A stretch of DNA of 63,333 nucleotides, the filler included, from Dirinaria sp. TL-2023a (Eukaryota): the NCBI GenBank assembly GCA_051941275.1. It is 6 parts of 6 records of this genome, joined end to end, with 100 filler letters (N's around TTAATTAATTAA, not from the genome) between each part and the next. Parts side by side here need not be neighbours in the genome. Positions count along the whole stretch, not along the records: positions 10,593 to 21,070 come from JAVEBF010000934.1; positions 21,171 to 31,640 come from JAVEBF010000935.1; 4 more parts are not named here. One strand, given 5' to 3'. The position numbers were made by a program, and so were the translations under genes. The notes under the pieces were generated by a model. It saw only the letters and a list, made by a program, of their open reading frames with translations. It searched no databases and had not been told where the DNA came from. This document shows, piece by piece, positions 11,535 to 27,299 of the stretch (position 1 is the first letter of the stretch; each line of letters starts with the position of its first letter).

Positions 11535-14492
11535 TGCTGAGATGACTGAGGCCAAATGGTTTACGACTGAAGTTCACTGTGTAATCTTAGGGTTACTTAT
11601 CAAGTACTCGTACGGAGGATAATTAGGTGCGATCGACCGTGTTAAACATCTATTGGAAGATTTGGATGCTAAAGGATCTGAGCTGACAAATGATCCTGTA
11701 AGCGCTAATTGCATCTAAAGAACCTATCGCCGACCACTAGCACGAAAGTGTCCAGTGATACCAACTGCCTCATGAGCCTGGCGTTGAAGCAGAGAGGAAT
11801 ATCCGGGTACTGAGATATTCATGTATTGAATGCCGTGCAAAGAATCAATGACGTCGGCTGACAAATATGGTTACACAAGGTTGATCATTTCTCCGGACGA
11901 GAGAGGCGAGAACGTGAGAGCAATCGAAGTATCCTATAAGAAGCGATTCTTTCATCGTTTTCCATTGTGAGACGTTGCCAATTGCATCAAGTGTAGCATG
12001 TGAAGACCGGATCGTCCAGTTGACGGAACGGGAAGCTGGCCAGCCTGTCCCCGGAGCCCTTCTCATCATCGAGGCAGGCTATATGTCGGAACATTTCGAC
12101 CATCATTACAAACCGAGCATATCTCAATGTGGGAGATGGCTTGTTTAAGATCGCTGGTGCTTGCCTGTTTGGAGGCACTATGGTAGCATTGGAGGCCGAG
12201 TTCGAGAATGTCTGCTCACTGCGTAGGCCAATATGTACCGTTCGCCCAGGGACCTGAATAATCATTGGCTCGTGATTGACGAGATAGGCCCGACTATAAC
12301 ATCAGATTTCGTTTGTAACTCTCGTTATTTTTCACAAGCTTTGGAACATATTAGTTTGAAACTCTTTGATTGGTATCATCTGGCCGATCCGCTACCCCGG
12401 GAGCATAGGGATGGTGTTGAGCTCCTGTGCGCCTGACAAATAGGTAGGCAAATCTGGGATCAAGAGGACCAGCTCGGTCTAGTATAACCTCTAGGTTGTA
12501 TCGCTTCAATCTGACGGTTTCGTCTTTTCAAATGGCAACGCAAGAGTCGGAACCTGTGTGGGTGGTTTCGACCAACCTATGCTTGGCAGGGATTCCTTCT
12601 AGATCGCTAGCCAGAGCAACGATCTCGTTCTCCTCGTATTCAAAGAGTGGTTGCATCGTTTAGAGCGCTGAAGTTGATCACCCGGCCGCCCCTCGTACTG
12701 ATCAATGAGCCGTATATCGTAGCGGTCAAATCGCCAGACATGCAAGCAGCAGCCGCTCAGAAGCAATCCCGCTTTGAGGCTTTGTTAGAGGACGGCGCAA
12801 TGCGCTGGGTTGGAACAGCGTCGAATTGATCCACAATCCTGAGATTTCGAGCAACGCCATCGAAACGCGCGCGAATCTTGTCAATTTCACAGCCGCGTCG
12901 GACGATTTCCGCTCCTCGCTCATGAGAGCACTAATGGTGACCATCAGCGCAAAGTAGATACGCTCGCGTCGCCAGATTTGCATTTGCCCAAGCCGTTTTC
13001 AATCATCGTGGAAAACCTTCAGTCCTTGAGATTTGGCGCTTTTACTGGGGACGGGAAGAAGGAGAGAATAATCGGGCAGAAAGAGCGAGAAGGGACCTAC
13101 TGTATCTTAGGGACGCGTAGGATGCGCCAAGACTTCCGCGCTTATCATTGAAACAAGAGGAAAAGCTTCGATAATCAGGTCCGCCCTTGAGTAAACACTG
13201 GCCTACAAACTGTAGTAGCCACAACGCCTTGAGTCAATGATGCACCATCTGAAGGAGTGCATATTGACGTCTCGCTGTATTATTTCATCATTGACTTGGC
13301 TCAAAGCCTTGGATATTATGAAAAATGGTTGTATCCGAGGTATGAAAGAATTCGTCCAAGCAGTGAGGCCTTCTGAGATGATAAACTCATATCATCCAGG
13401 GCGACTTTGGAACAAGCCGACCTTTTAGAGAAGGAACGAGGACTGGACGAGACGCGAATTTTAGAGTTTTCATTTGATATCTTGGCGGTCTTGGCGGTCT
13501 TGGCGATCTCTGGGCTAGCTTCGAGGCTTCGCACGCGGTTTGCAGAAGGATCAGGATTCAGGACATGAGGTAAGGCAATGTAGGTAAGTCGTGGCTAGCC
13601 TTATGTACGCTAAGACTGGGTCCTTTAGGCACACGGCACTACCTCAGTTGCGCTTTGGCGAGCACCTGTGTGACCCAGGTAGCGGTTCAGCTCGTCATGG
13701 CCGTGGTATTGGGTAATACCTGAGGCCTCGGTGATAGTGACCGAGTGACCCCGGAGTTGGCCTGTGTAGACGAGGCTTGATCTATTCCGCGTTTCCTGCA
13801 ACCTTCAAGCTCGGCCGGAGCCATTAATCAGAAGCAATTCAATGCTACATCCTGAGCACTGAACACTGAAAGCTGCTACTTACTACATACTACCCGGACC
13901 TCTGAAGGCATCGATATTGCCTGTTTAACATATGTCCTCGCATCTCGCAGTACACGTGCCAGGATTGGAGCGGCAAGAGAGCTTGCCCAGGGTAACCTGA
14001 AAGGGTAAGATTGATAAACACAAGGATGCCACGGGAATTATGCCTATGTAGGCCTACTGCGTACAGCAGCCTCTCCCCAGGTTCGAAGTAGAGGGAGTAG
14101 TGCATGCTGACCTTTAAATGTTGTTGTACCAATCTCTATAAGACCTAGTCCGTTCACGTTGACACCTCTGTGGCACTACTTTGACCAGTTCTCGGGATAG
14201 CGATCGGCGCCACGCCGAGATACTGTACTCGTACGATGCAGAAGAGTCCTTCAGGATACAATTCCTACGGCTTGGCCAAATCCTCTCCCAAACCCTCCTC
14301 CGTCACAAGTTACACGGGAACGAACCGAGGTCGTCTCTACTAGTTGGTTATTGCATTTCAGCTCCAGTACTTGGCTCACCTTAAGTATGGCTGGCCCGCG
14401 CGCTGTCTCTTTGCCCTCTTCTCCTCTGACTTCTGTACTACGCTATTGTTTGTCTATTCGATTTCATCGGCGGACTTTTCGAGTTCACAGCC

Positions 14493-16862
<2,370 letters not shown>

Positions 16863-18710
16863 GACGAGCGGGTTTCACCGAAGTGTAAAAGGCTAAAGAG
16901 TAAGTATTGAAGCCAATCCCCTAGCTGTTTCAATGAAAAATCTGTCCAAGTACGGCTGCGAACGTACCTGATTGTTACAAATATACTTGAAGCGCCACGG
17001 TTGTTCCCAGAGCTTTCCAGTGCATCATCTTTGGTAAAACAATACCACTGACAATGTCACTGGGATTGTTTCAAGCGCTAAGACGGATCGGATTCTACAC
17101 ACCTTCTAAATTCCCCTCATCTTATACCATATATCGAAGCCATCCAGGCACTGACAAAAGCTCGCTACGATCTAAACTCAAAATTCTCCCGTCCCCTGAA
17201 AAACCACATGGCATGTCTCTTTGCTTGAGCGCCTTTTTCCATTTCCTCGTTCTGTTCCTTCATCTGTCAATCCAATCTCTCTTTCTGTCAAGTCTTTTCG
17301 GGGTATTTCCATCTTCCCGTATACATCTCTCTCTCACAAAAAAGATCCCTTGCATCTGATGTTATCAAAGCTGTCTGTAATGTAGGCTGGGAAGTGGTCG
17401 TGCCTTTCTTTACATGATATGTATGTCCTTCGCGAGCGGCATATTTCTTGGCTTTTGGGTAGTTATTATCTTGAGTATAAGTCTTCCCTTGTTCCCCTTT
17501 TCCCGTCTTATCTGTTCAGGATGAAGCGAACATATTCCACCAATCGAGGATCACGGCGATTTACACGTTTTTCTCTATCTCATCACCATTGGCGTGTCTA
17601 TGATGCTGTCTGTGTAAGTCGAAGCATAGGCTTGCGTGGGCTCATGGAGCTTGCTTCTACGATCACCTAGTAGAAGATTCCCTCCATCTCCGTCACTTAT
17701 GATCCTCGCGTCCCGAAAAAAAAGTTTCATCTATGATTGAGACATTAACATTTCAAAGCTGCGAATTTTTTTTTCCTTAAATCAAATAGGACAAGTCGGA
17801 AATTCGTGGTTGACATTTACTCCTTGCAATACTGTAATACTACGGTACTAAGCGTCACCTTACCTTGAGTTACTGGGGATTTTGAAGAATGACGTCATCG
17901 AGCAGTCTACATATCTTGATCTCGGCGGACTTTGGGATTTTGTTTATCGTCTTAGTACTTAAGTGATAAAAAGAATCTTGCGCTGATTCTGAGGTGATTT
18001 TCAGCTAATCATATTATTGATAGTGATTGCCCTAGCCTTAGAATACGATCTGTGCTGTGAGTAGTCATCTTCGAGTTGTGCTCGAAGATTTGTGTTTCAC
18101 GAGGATGGGTTATTAACACGGGGGTTCTTGACAGTACATCGTCCGAGGACCTTGGCCTGTTAATATGATGAGATCGAAGAATAGATGAAGCGATTGACAG
18201 TTTGGCAAGACTTGCATTTTATGGCCGATACATCACTCGACTAAACACCTCTATCATATCAACAATGATGCCCAAACAGTAACGATTCGACGATAATGCG
18301 ATATGCATGCAGCGGCTACCTACACCAATTACTTACATTAGTACGATCTGAGAGTAAGGTGTTCGTGTAGCCGCGCAAATGGAATCTCGAACGCGGAAAA
18401 CATCGGTGGTTCTCTCTTGCGTCCTAAATAGGAAGGAGCCTTTATCTTCTTCTTGAGGACGCTACATTGCTAATTACCAATGTTGCTGAGAGGGTATTCT
18501 CTGACTTTTCTTCTGGTCACTGTATGCTGAAGGGCGGGCTCCTCCCTGCTTCGTACACGAACTTGGTGCTTGTGCTCCAGTGTTGGATAGGTCTTTGCTG
18601 GATCGGGAGGATAAAAGTGCTATGAGCCTTCAATGCATGAATGAGATTTATGATATCAATTTGGGATAAACACGGTGTTGCACACTCCGCCACTGCCATC
18701 GGATGCCACA

Positions 18711-20963
18711 ATGGACAACACCCATTCATCTGTGGTCTACAGTAGCTGGAAAAGACTGCAGAGTCTGATCGATCAGAAGACGTTCGAATTCGATGGAGAG
18801 AATCTGGATGTCTCCATGGTCTTAGCCGTGGCGAGGTATGCGTCGTCTGATGACCGCCAAATATCCACTGATGTCTTAACTCTGCGATAAAGATACAAAT
18901 GCGTACCGACAATCCGGCAAGACTCCAACGTTCTTGCTCGCATAGAGAGCAGCGTCTCGACCTTGAATAAACATCTAGAAGATGGAAATTCGGTTTACGG
19001 TCCGTGATCTCTTAGCAACCATCATCTAAGTGTATGTTGCTGACGCAAAGACACAGGCGTGAATACTGGAGTGGGAGGCAGCGCAGATTCACGTACGAAG
19101 CATATCGAGGCTCTACAGCGCTCGTTGCTTCAGCATCACCAATGCGGAGTTTTGACAAGGATTGGTAACGGAAGTCTTTCCAGGGACGACGACGAGCTAG
19201 GCACTCACTCGCTGCCAGCCACTTGGGTTAAAGGCGCTATGCTCATCAGGTGCAATTCGCTGGTGCGAGGCCATTCAGGCGTCTCCTACAAAGTCATTGA
19301 GGCTATCGTGAAGCTGTTAGGCACCGATCTCATCCCTGTTGTTCCTCTGCGAGGCAGTATTTCTGCTTCCGGAGACCTTATGCCCCTCTCTTACATCGCT
19401 GGTACCCTGGAAGGGAATCCTGATATCTGGATCAATTCTCGGAAAGGAGACAGATTCCAATTAATTTCAGCGAAGGAAGCTCTGGCTCAACTAGGAATCG
19501 AGCCAATCACACTTCAGGCCAAGGAGGCTCTGGGCTTGATGAATGGTACAGCCCCTTCGGCGGCTGTGGCATCTATCGCCCTCTATGAAAGCCATCATCT
19601 TGCGTTACTCGCGCAGATCCTGACCGCAATTGCAGTAGAAGCAATGCAAGGCCAAGCAGAGAGTTTCCATCCATTCATTGCTCAGGTGCGCCCTCATGCT
19701 GGCCAGGTAGAGGTGGCCAAGAACATACTCATGCTCCTTCAAGGCTCCAGACTGGCGAATGGAGTGACTACGAACACAGATGGGCAAAGGAAAGGTCTGT
19801 ATCAGGATCGATATGCACTGCGGACCTCACCCCAGTGGGTCGGTCCCCAGCTCGAAGATTTGCTCCTTGCCGATCGCCAAATCAGCGTTGAACTTAACTC
19901 GACCACTGACAATCCGCTGATTGACACAGCAAGTCAAGAAATCCTCTCTGGCGGCAACTTTCAAGCTGCTTCTATTACCTCTGCCATGGAGAAGACACGG
20001 TCCTCGCTGCAGATGCTGGGCAAAATGCTCTTTGCTCAATGTACCGAACTCATCAATCCTTCTCTCAACAACGGCCTCCCGCCAAATCTTTGCACCGATG
20101 ACCCGAGCCTTTCCTTCACAATGAAAGGCCTTGATGTGAGTATGGCAGCATATATGTCCGAGCTTACCTTCCTAGCCAGCCCTGTGAGCTTTCATTCGCA
20201 GTCCGCCGAAATGAACAATCAGGCTATCAACTCGCTTGCGTTGATCGCAGCGCGAGCTACCATGCAAGCGGTTGAAGTGCTATCTTTGATGTGTGCAACA
20301 CACCTCTATGTCACGTGCCAGGCGCTCGACCTGCGGGTCTTGCACCGCCAATTCCTGCGAGACATCCAAACCGTCATCTCCACCGTCACGACCACGGCTC
20401 TGGGCAAGCATGTAGCCTCCGATAGCGACATAGCAGCTTTCAGCGACCACGCATGTACTCAAATATCGGAAGCGTGGTGGACGGCCTCAACGCTCGATCT
20501 TCACGCACGATGCTTGCATGTCGTTGATTCATGCATGAATGTCACTTCTAAAGCTTTTACACCCATTATATCTGCTCTATCCGTGGACGGTACTCTTGAG
20601 CCGATAGAGAGATGGCGGGAGGAGATGATCGCAGCGCTACAAGACAAGTTCGTGGAGTTCCGCCGATCCTTCTCCGCCTCTCCAAGCACGCGTGAGTTCT
20701 TAGGTCAGGGGGCCGGCAGAATGTACGACTTCGTCCGACAGGAGCTTCAAGTGCCGTTTCATCAGGGTCTGGTGGACCACCCGAGCGCTGAGGGTGAGTT
20801 GAAGATCGAAGAACAGAGGGCGGATAGCAGGCAGAAGACGATTGGATCCTGGATCTCGGTCATCTACGAGTCTTTAAGGAAAGGGGACATGCATCGACCT
20901 GCTATGTCCTGTCTCAATCTGGACTCAGAAAGACGGGAAGGAGAAGCCGAGAGGGCGGTCTGA
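18711..20963 (+). CDS. MIO-dependent aromatic amino acid ammonia-lyase (fungal PAL/TAL-like), 3 exons
   Basis: VYG|VNTGVGGSAD, NSLVRGHSGV, MIO tripeptide in SISASGDL, KEALGLMNGT, QDRYALRTSPQ, NSTTDNP, GGNFQ, AEMNNQAINSLA. Confidence 0.93.
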
Positions 20964-21070
20964 TATGTTGGTGATCAGGTTCGCACTGCAAAGCTCGGTG
21001 GCTTTTGTTGTCTGTCTATTCAACATTTCGCAAAATGTGTTCTCACATTCGTACACCTAATGGACTCTGC

Positions 21071-21170
21071 NNNNNNNNNNNNNNNNNNNNNNNNNNNNNN
21101 NNNNNNNNNNNNNNTTAATTAATTAANNNNNNNNNNNNNNNNNNNNNNNNNNNNNNNNNNNNNNNNNNNN
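21071..21170. other. Artificial contig linker
   Basis: 44N + TTAATTAATTAA + 44N. Confidence 0.98.
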
Positions 21171-22238
21171 GGTTAGCGCAATATGTCCAAGTCCCGTCCG
21201 GCCTATGGGAAATGGTAGATTTCTCAATATTCGCGAAAAGGGGACTCGATTTATGTCTTCCGTTGTATTGGGTTTCTCCTCAAAATTTGTGGGAGCTCCA
21301 AGGTGTATGCAGTAAGTAAACATCTACTACGAGGAAGCCAAGATCGTCGGCTTCTCTATCTCTCCACGACTCCTCTTTTCGATATGTCCCTCCTATCAGG
21401 ATCCGTAATAGATACCATGATCGAAAGTGTAAGGAAGAAACTTTAATTGTCAAGAATCGCGATCCGGACGACTGGGTTTCGAATTGATCTACTAAAGGGT
21501 TTTGTCGCAAAACAATTGACTCGACTGAGCAATACCTTCGTAGAGAGTTTTACCGGCTTTTTAGCAGTCCTATTCTCTGGAATATGTCAGGTAATGCTGC
21601 ATATTGGGCTTGTACGGTTTTAAAAGGCGCAGAAACAGCCGCTCACAAAACTTGCAAGGAATTCTTCGCTTTACAAATGCATATGTTAAAATATCATGGT
21701 GTACAGAGACCAGTAAGTGACAGCCGAGTGGGAGGATGGCGCTGTAGGTTATGCTGACACATATCTGCTTTTCAATATCATTAAGCCTGGAAGAATTTGT
21801 CGTCCAAGCGAATCAGCTGTCCCAACCTGAAGGATGCTACGACAGACTTCTGGCAGCTTTTCATGAATTCGTGTGAGCGAAGATTGATTTCCATTGTAAG
21901 TGAAAGATTATTTACATGTTCCATCGCTTTTCTGTCAATGGGAAAAATGCACATATCACGGTCCAATTGTGGGACCACCCCGGCAAAATTCCCCGTGTGG
22001 TAGCGTGATATCATGTCTACATTGGGTAGGTGTTTCTTTGAGAGGACACTTAGCTCTCCTCAATACTTCAAAAAGTATCAAGAAGGTTCGTACCCAGCAC
22101 CGCGTACAGGTGATCCTCGTTGCTAGCCGTGCAGGGGGAGTGTAAGTCAGGGTGGAGGAAAGAGATGAAGAGTGTAGACAGAGTTGCAAGTGGACACTTC
22201 AAGACCAAGCTGCAACAGCCAGCCTCTACAGCTTAGTG

Positions 22239-22417
22239 CAAGTCAACACCTCATGACCAAGCTGAAACAGCCCGCCTGTAAGACTTAATGGAAACCACCG
22301 GCCAATGAAGTGAGAGCAGAGATGAAGAGGGAAATACAGATTCAAGCCAACACCTCATGACCAAGCCGAAACAGCCCGCCTGTAAGACTAAGTGGAAACC
22401 ACCGGCCAGTGAAGTGA
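22239..22417 (+). repeat. Imperfect ~75-bp direct repeat (2 copies plus a partial upstream copy)
   Basis: caag(t/c)caacacctcatgaccaagc(t/c)gaaacagcccgcctgtaagact...ggaaaccaccggcca(a/g)tgaagtga at ~22239 and ~22343. Confidence 0.8.
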
Positions 22418-22995
22418 AATCTGATAGCAAGACGGAAAGTAGAGGTGCAAGGGGATACTTCAGGAGCAAGCCGATAACAGCTAAATTCGAGACCCAGCGA
22501 TAGCCTCCGATCGATGCGGTGAAAGCAGAGATGGAGGTGTACTGATGTGTGATAGAGAACTTAGGAAGCAGAAATAGAAAGGATACTTACGCCGTGTGAT
22601 GCTCATCATGCAACTGACTTTCCAGGCATTATCCGCTTTCTAGTATCAAACTGGGGCCTAAGATTGAGCGGGTACCCTTCGCTTGTACACGCTCTCGCCT
22701 CCTTCTTCATGCTCTGGCTGGAGTGGAGTACTAGATGATATGTCGCGTTTCGTTGGATGAGAAGGCCACTGGGGGGCGTCGCCTGGACCATGGTGACCAG
22801 TCAACGTTCGCTTGAGACCAGAAGTTTGGCCTTGTGACTGCTGCGAATTTCCCGTGGAAGGCGGAGCTGTTTGAGCAAAGGCAAGAGCGGCATCGCTAAT
22901 CTTCTTGATCGGCTTAGTAGATTTTCGCTTCCGTTGCTTAATCGCCTGCCCACTGCAACAACATCATAGCACTGCTCGTCGCTGCTCTCATCATC

Positions 22996-24877
22996 CTAAT
23001 AACGCCCATGGATCTCGGTTTCCGCACCCTCCTCCTCAAGATCTGACTGGTAATCTTCCACTTCAGTGTCGTCGACCTGGTCGATGAAAGCGCCAACGGT
23101 ATTCACGTCGGACCATTGAATGTCCGAGAGTCCATAATCTGGTCCTGACTCGGGTAGTTTGTCAGGGCCGTGGTACATGGACGGCATCTTCTCCCGTACA
23201 ATCTCACGACACTCCTCGAGCCTTCTGTCCACCAGGCGTGCGAACTGTGGGTCTTCCGGCAGCTCAAGCTGTGGCATCTTTATATGCTCCTCAGCCCTTT
23301 CTGAGACCTCTGCCTCGATCTGGGCATTGGCAACTGTCTCTTTCAGGCGTTTTTCGACTGGATCTTCGACATTCGCTCGGATTTCGTTGACCGCTTGAGT
23401 CGTCCGATCGGCTCTCTGCGCGCGCTTTTGCAGGAAATCTCGAAGCTTGCGTGCATGTTCCGCCTGTATCTGTTCGTATTCGCTTTTGACGTCCTCTAAA
23501 CGATCTCCGACCTGGGCTTGGATCCGCTGGGTAGTATCGCGGACTTTATCAATGTCAACGTAAGTCTCATATATCTCTACAGCGATACGTGCACTTTCTT
23601 GCCAGCCTGCTCTACTCTTGGCTTCTATGATCTTGTCGTTGAAAGCACCAGCTCGAAGATGGTTGAGGCCGCCATTATACCAGTAAGCGTTACACATAAT
23701 CGTCGCCACGATCTCTGCAATCTGAGGCAGCTCTTTCGGGTGCCACACGGGGAAGATGACGAACTGCTTCGTGTGAGTGAACTTGAAGAGCATGCGTGTC
23801 AGAACGTTGATTAGCCCATAGATGTGGGTGGTTGATCCATTGGTCTTCTGTTGCTTCAATCTTTCGCTAACATGCCTTGCCCAACCGATCTCCATGGGAC
23901 TTCTCTTGAAAGGCTGATCTTCCAGGCTAGAGTCCAGACCATTGCAGTACTGCTCTTTAATCTCGTTGACCCAAATCCTGAATTTGTCTCTGGTCTCGTT
24001 ATCTGGGCAGTATCGTCGGCTGGAATGATCGATCCACCCCTTCTTGAAAAACTCATCGACCTCGGTATTGCGCTGTTGATCGGCGGCATCATTTGCGATG
24101 TAAGTCTCAACTTCTCTCAGCAATCTATCAATCTCAAGCTTATTCAACCATCGCCCTCGGTCGGGTATGAAAGCTGCAGCCGTAGACCTGGGGACGGCGA
24201 GGTGAGCGGAAGTTATCTCAGGAGGGTACGGTTGCCTACTTTGGATCACCTCTTAAAGTGCGATTTCCGTATATTGCAGGACCATCCCATGCTATACGGC
24301 TCATGTAAAACTCACAGACCTCTTGATTGTGAAAAAGGTCAAACGCTAGAGTGCCCCGGATCATCGAAAGCAGGAACTCGTCCTTGCACGTCATGAGTAG
24401 GTGGTAGACGTAATTTTTCCCACTGTTCTCGTCCCTGAGCACTTTTTCCCAGGAGCTGTCACCACCTAAGGATGCAGTTCCTGTGGGGTTGAGACGGCTC
24501 TCGTGCCGTGCGATCTCGTAGATCTTCTTCTGTAGTCCCCTTCGACCTTCACATCGGAAGATGGTTTCCATGTCAAGCTGAGATTGGAGACGGAGAGGGC
24601 TGTCAGGGTGCGGCGCAGGTGCCAATGTTGCCAACTCAGGAAGTGGTATTAAAGTCGGAGCGGCATACTCAAGCGACTTTGATTCTCGAAGAGCATCTAC
24701 ATACTCGGCCGCCACGCGAGATCTGTACCAAGATCTGTATAGATCAGCTGCCCTGGGGTTTGAGCTCCGAAGAAGTTCGTCATGCGCTCTTCGAAGATGA
24801 GGCTTTTCATTCAAGGCTCGCTCAGTAGCTGTCATGCGAGAGCCGCCAGTTGATGTCGAAGTTGTGATATCGGCCAT
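22996..24877 (-). CDS. Uncharacterised ~610-aa fungal protein, 2 exons, with possible GIY-YIG-like nuclease motifs, coiled coil and acidic tail
   Basis: ORFs 24236-24877 and 22996-24249 join in frame through a 52-nt intron at 24188-24239 (GTAGGC...GCTCAC...CCCCAG). Motifs PAIY, MEIGWA...RLKQQ, IAE, GGLN. Confidence 0.7.
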
Positions 24878-26421
24878 CTTGCTTTCTTTCCCTATTTCTT
24901 TCTGTTCTGATCCTGACTGAATGCTAGATCCCTATCCCTTTAGGCTTCGTCGCCGAGATAAGCTGAGGTATGGGCGGAGAAACAAGCAGAGCTGAACACT
25001 CGAGGTTTAGGAGATTGGTTTAGCAGCAGGATAAAGATCTCGGCCGATTACGAGAACTTGTTTAATATGAATGATTGTAAATGCTGTGCTGCTTTTAAAA
25101 GATGTGGGGAAAGTGAAGACGAAGAAGAGAGGAAAAGAGTGAGTCGGCGCGTCCAGGAATGTAAGGTATTTGTGGGCCTGCGAGCACTACTTTAGCTTGC
25201 GCTAAGCGTCCTGATTTACTAATCATTTCTCACTTAACTAAGGTATGAGTTCAGGAAGCGCCTGGTTTCTCATCATTGTAGGGTGCATGCATGACAGGCA
25301 GGCTGATACGCGGACGACGTAACTCCTTTTCGAATGACGCAGAAGATGGGACAAGCCCTGATGTGTTTAGACCTTTGAAGACCTTTAGGAACAGTATGAG
25401 GGTCAGCCTCTCCTCCCCACCGAGAGATATAGTCAGGCGAGTTTGATTCCACCCGCTCACCAGCTCAATATTTCACGCGCTTCACATATGGGAAAGGCCT
25501 CCATTAAGTTTAGCCTTCAGCCTCATTTGCTAATCGACCAGTACGATATAAAGCAAGGAATCTTTCGAACAATGTGCTATTCCCTCACCTGGTAATTTGT
25601 GGGTAAGTCCTGGTAACTAAAATCCCGTTCTGAACTTCTTTGACCACTGACACACGTCAAATGCACCTTAACTATTTATCTAGTATTAGTCAGGTAAGTG
25701 ATCAGATATCATGTATTGCTGACCCATTTTTAGGGGTCAAAGTTATTACAGATAGGGGGTCAATAATCTTAGAACCCCTACTAGATCTACCGGATGCCAT
25801 CTTCGATGTCAGAACTTGATGAAAAAGCTGGCACCATTGAAGCAGCAAAGAAAAATGTCATCCATCTCATCAAGGACAGACTGAGGAGATACAGGGGCTA
25901 AAGCTAGGATGATCGAGAATTTGTAAAAGACGTGCAAGAAAGTCGAATGAGCAGAATATGCTGACAATGCATTGAAGTCCACTATGTATCATCTACACCA
26001 ACAGATCGGCTGTCCAGCTTTGTGTCAGCGTACTTTAGGGCCCTCATACCCAAAAGCCTGAGCTGCCGTGCATACTTACATGTTCAAAATATTCTAGGTA
26101 AATTATGATGCGAAAGGGAAACTGTGTGCGATCGCCTGTTAAATATATCATGGCTGATCCATAGCATAAGTCGACAAGTCGTCATAGCATAGAATGAGGA
26201 GATAGAGAGGCAAATCGAGCATGACCGAGACATTGTAAGAGGTCTGCACCAAATCGAATCATGAGATTACAGTCGGATAGTCAAGCATCCGAGAGCACAA
26301 AGGAGAATTGGCCGTTGGTTTGACGTATCATGATAGGAGACTACTCTTCCCTTAGGATTTCCTCCGTTACTAAGAGGCCCTTTCCGCTCCCTAAACTTCT
26401 CCTCTGCTCGAAATCTTAACC

Positions 26422-26734
26422 TCATCCCCCTCCCTTGACATTAACATCATTATTCTCTCCCTTCCCACTTCCCACGCCGGTCACACCTTGGCTCCCGCCT
26501 CCACTGCTTGCATCTCCCTTCATCTCCGAAATACCAGGTGGTAGCGGTGCGGCCTTTCCAGATCGGTCAACGCCTTCAGTGGTTCCTGACTAGATGGCCG
26601 TTCTTAGCGATGGTGGAAGAGGAGGAGGAGGAGGAGGAATCACATACATCAGCGCCCGCGATCTTGTTTCCTCCAGCATCGATAGCGTTGTCAGAGGCGA
26701 CGGGGGCGTCGGCGTATTCGGCTCCGCGAGGCAT
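26422..26734 (-). CDS. Small 84-aa Gly-rich hydrophilic protein (hydrophilin-like), 2 exons; absent from ORF track
   Basis: Exon 1 26648-26734 MPRGAEYADAPVASDNAIDAGGNKIAGAD; phase-0 intron 26590-26647 (GTATGT...GCTAAG...TAG); exon 2 26422-26589 SGTTEGVDRSGKAAPLPPG...VKGGG*. Confidence 0.8.
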
Positions 26735-27299
26735 ATTGGGCTTAGAAGCTGGAAGAGTTCAAAGTTTTTTTTTTTCTTTTTTTTTTTTTTGAGGCTTCAA
26801 AAATTGCAGGAGAGGTAGGGTGCGGTGGAGAACTTCCTATAAGAATGTTGTAGTCTGCGGTTCAATCAGGCAAAAAAGTTGACATTGGCGTCATCGTTCA
26901 GATAGGGCTGAATATTGTTGCTAATGATGTCATCTTGGGTATGGTCTCGGCAGCTCCTTTAATCATTTCTATGCGATGCTGCTCCCTCTCTAGCAAATGT
27001 CTCGGGAAATAATTTGAAACTCCTCATTGTGGCGAACTCGGAGAGCTGTGACACGATTTTTGCTAAGAACAAGCAGGGAGATCAGCAGGAGACGAGAGGG
27101 TGATGTATCTCGTACGACAGATTGGCTATTACGGAGACAAAATACACATATTGTCTATCAGAGCCCTCCACTAATGGTCAAGTTTCCATGTCTAGGTTTC
27201 TCAATGTACGGATTACCGTCCTCAAGGGGATAACAAGTTTCAAAGCCCATAGAGAAGGATGCACAGATTACTCGGATCTCCGTGTGTATTATATCGTTA

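Noticed and set aside
11600..13570. Minus-strand decayed gene (HET- or ankyrin-like fragments such as AAAACMSGDL, RPSWSS)
   Set aside because: Many stops in all frames and no motif strong enough to assign; needs BLASTx.
25560..26110. Short plus-strand spliced gene (GTAAGT and CTGAC signals, MPSSMSELDEK... frame)
   Set aside because: I could not build a consistent open multi-exon model.
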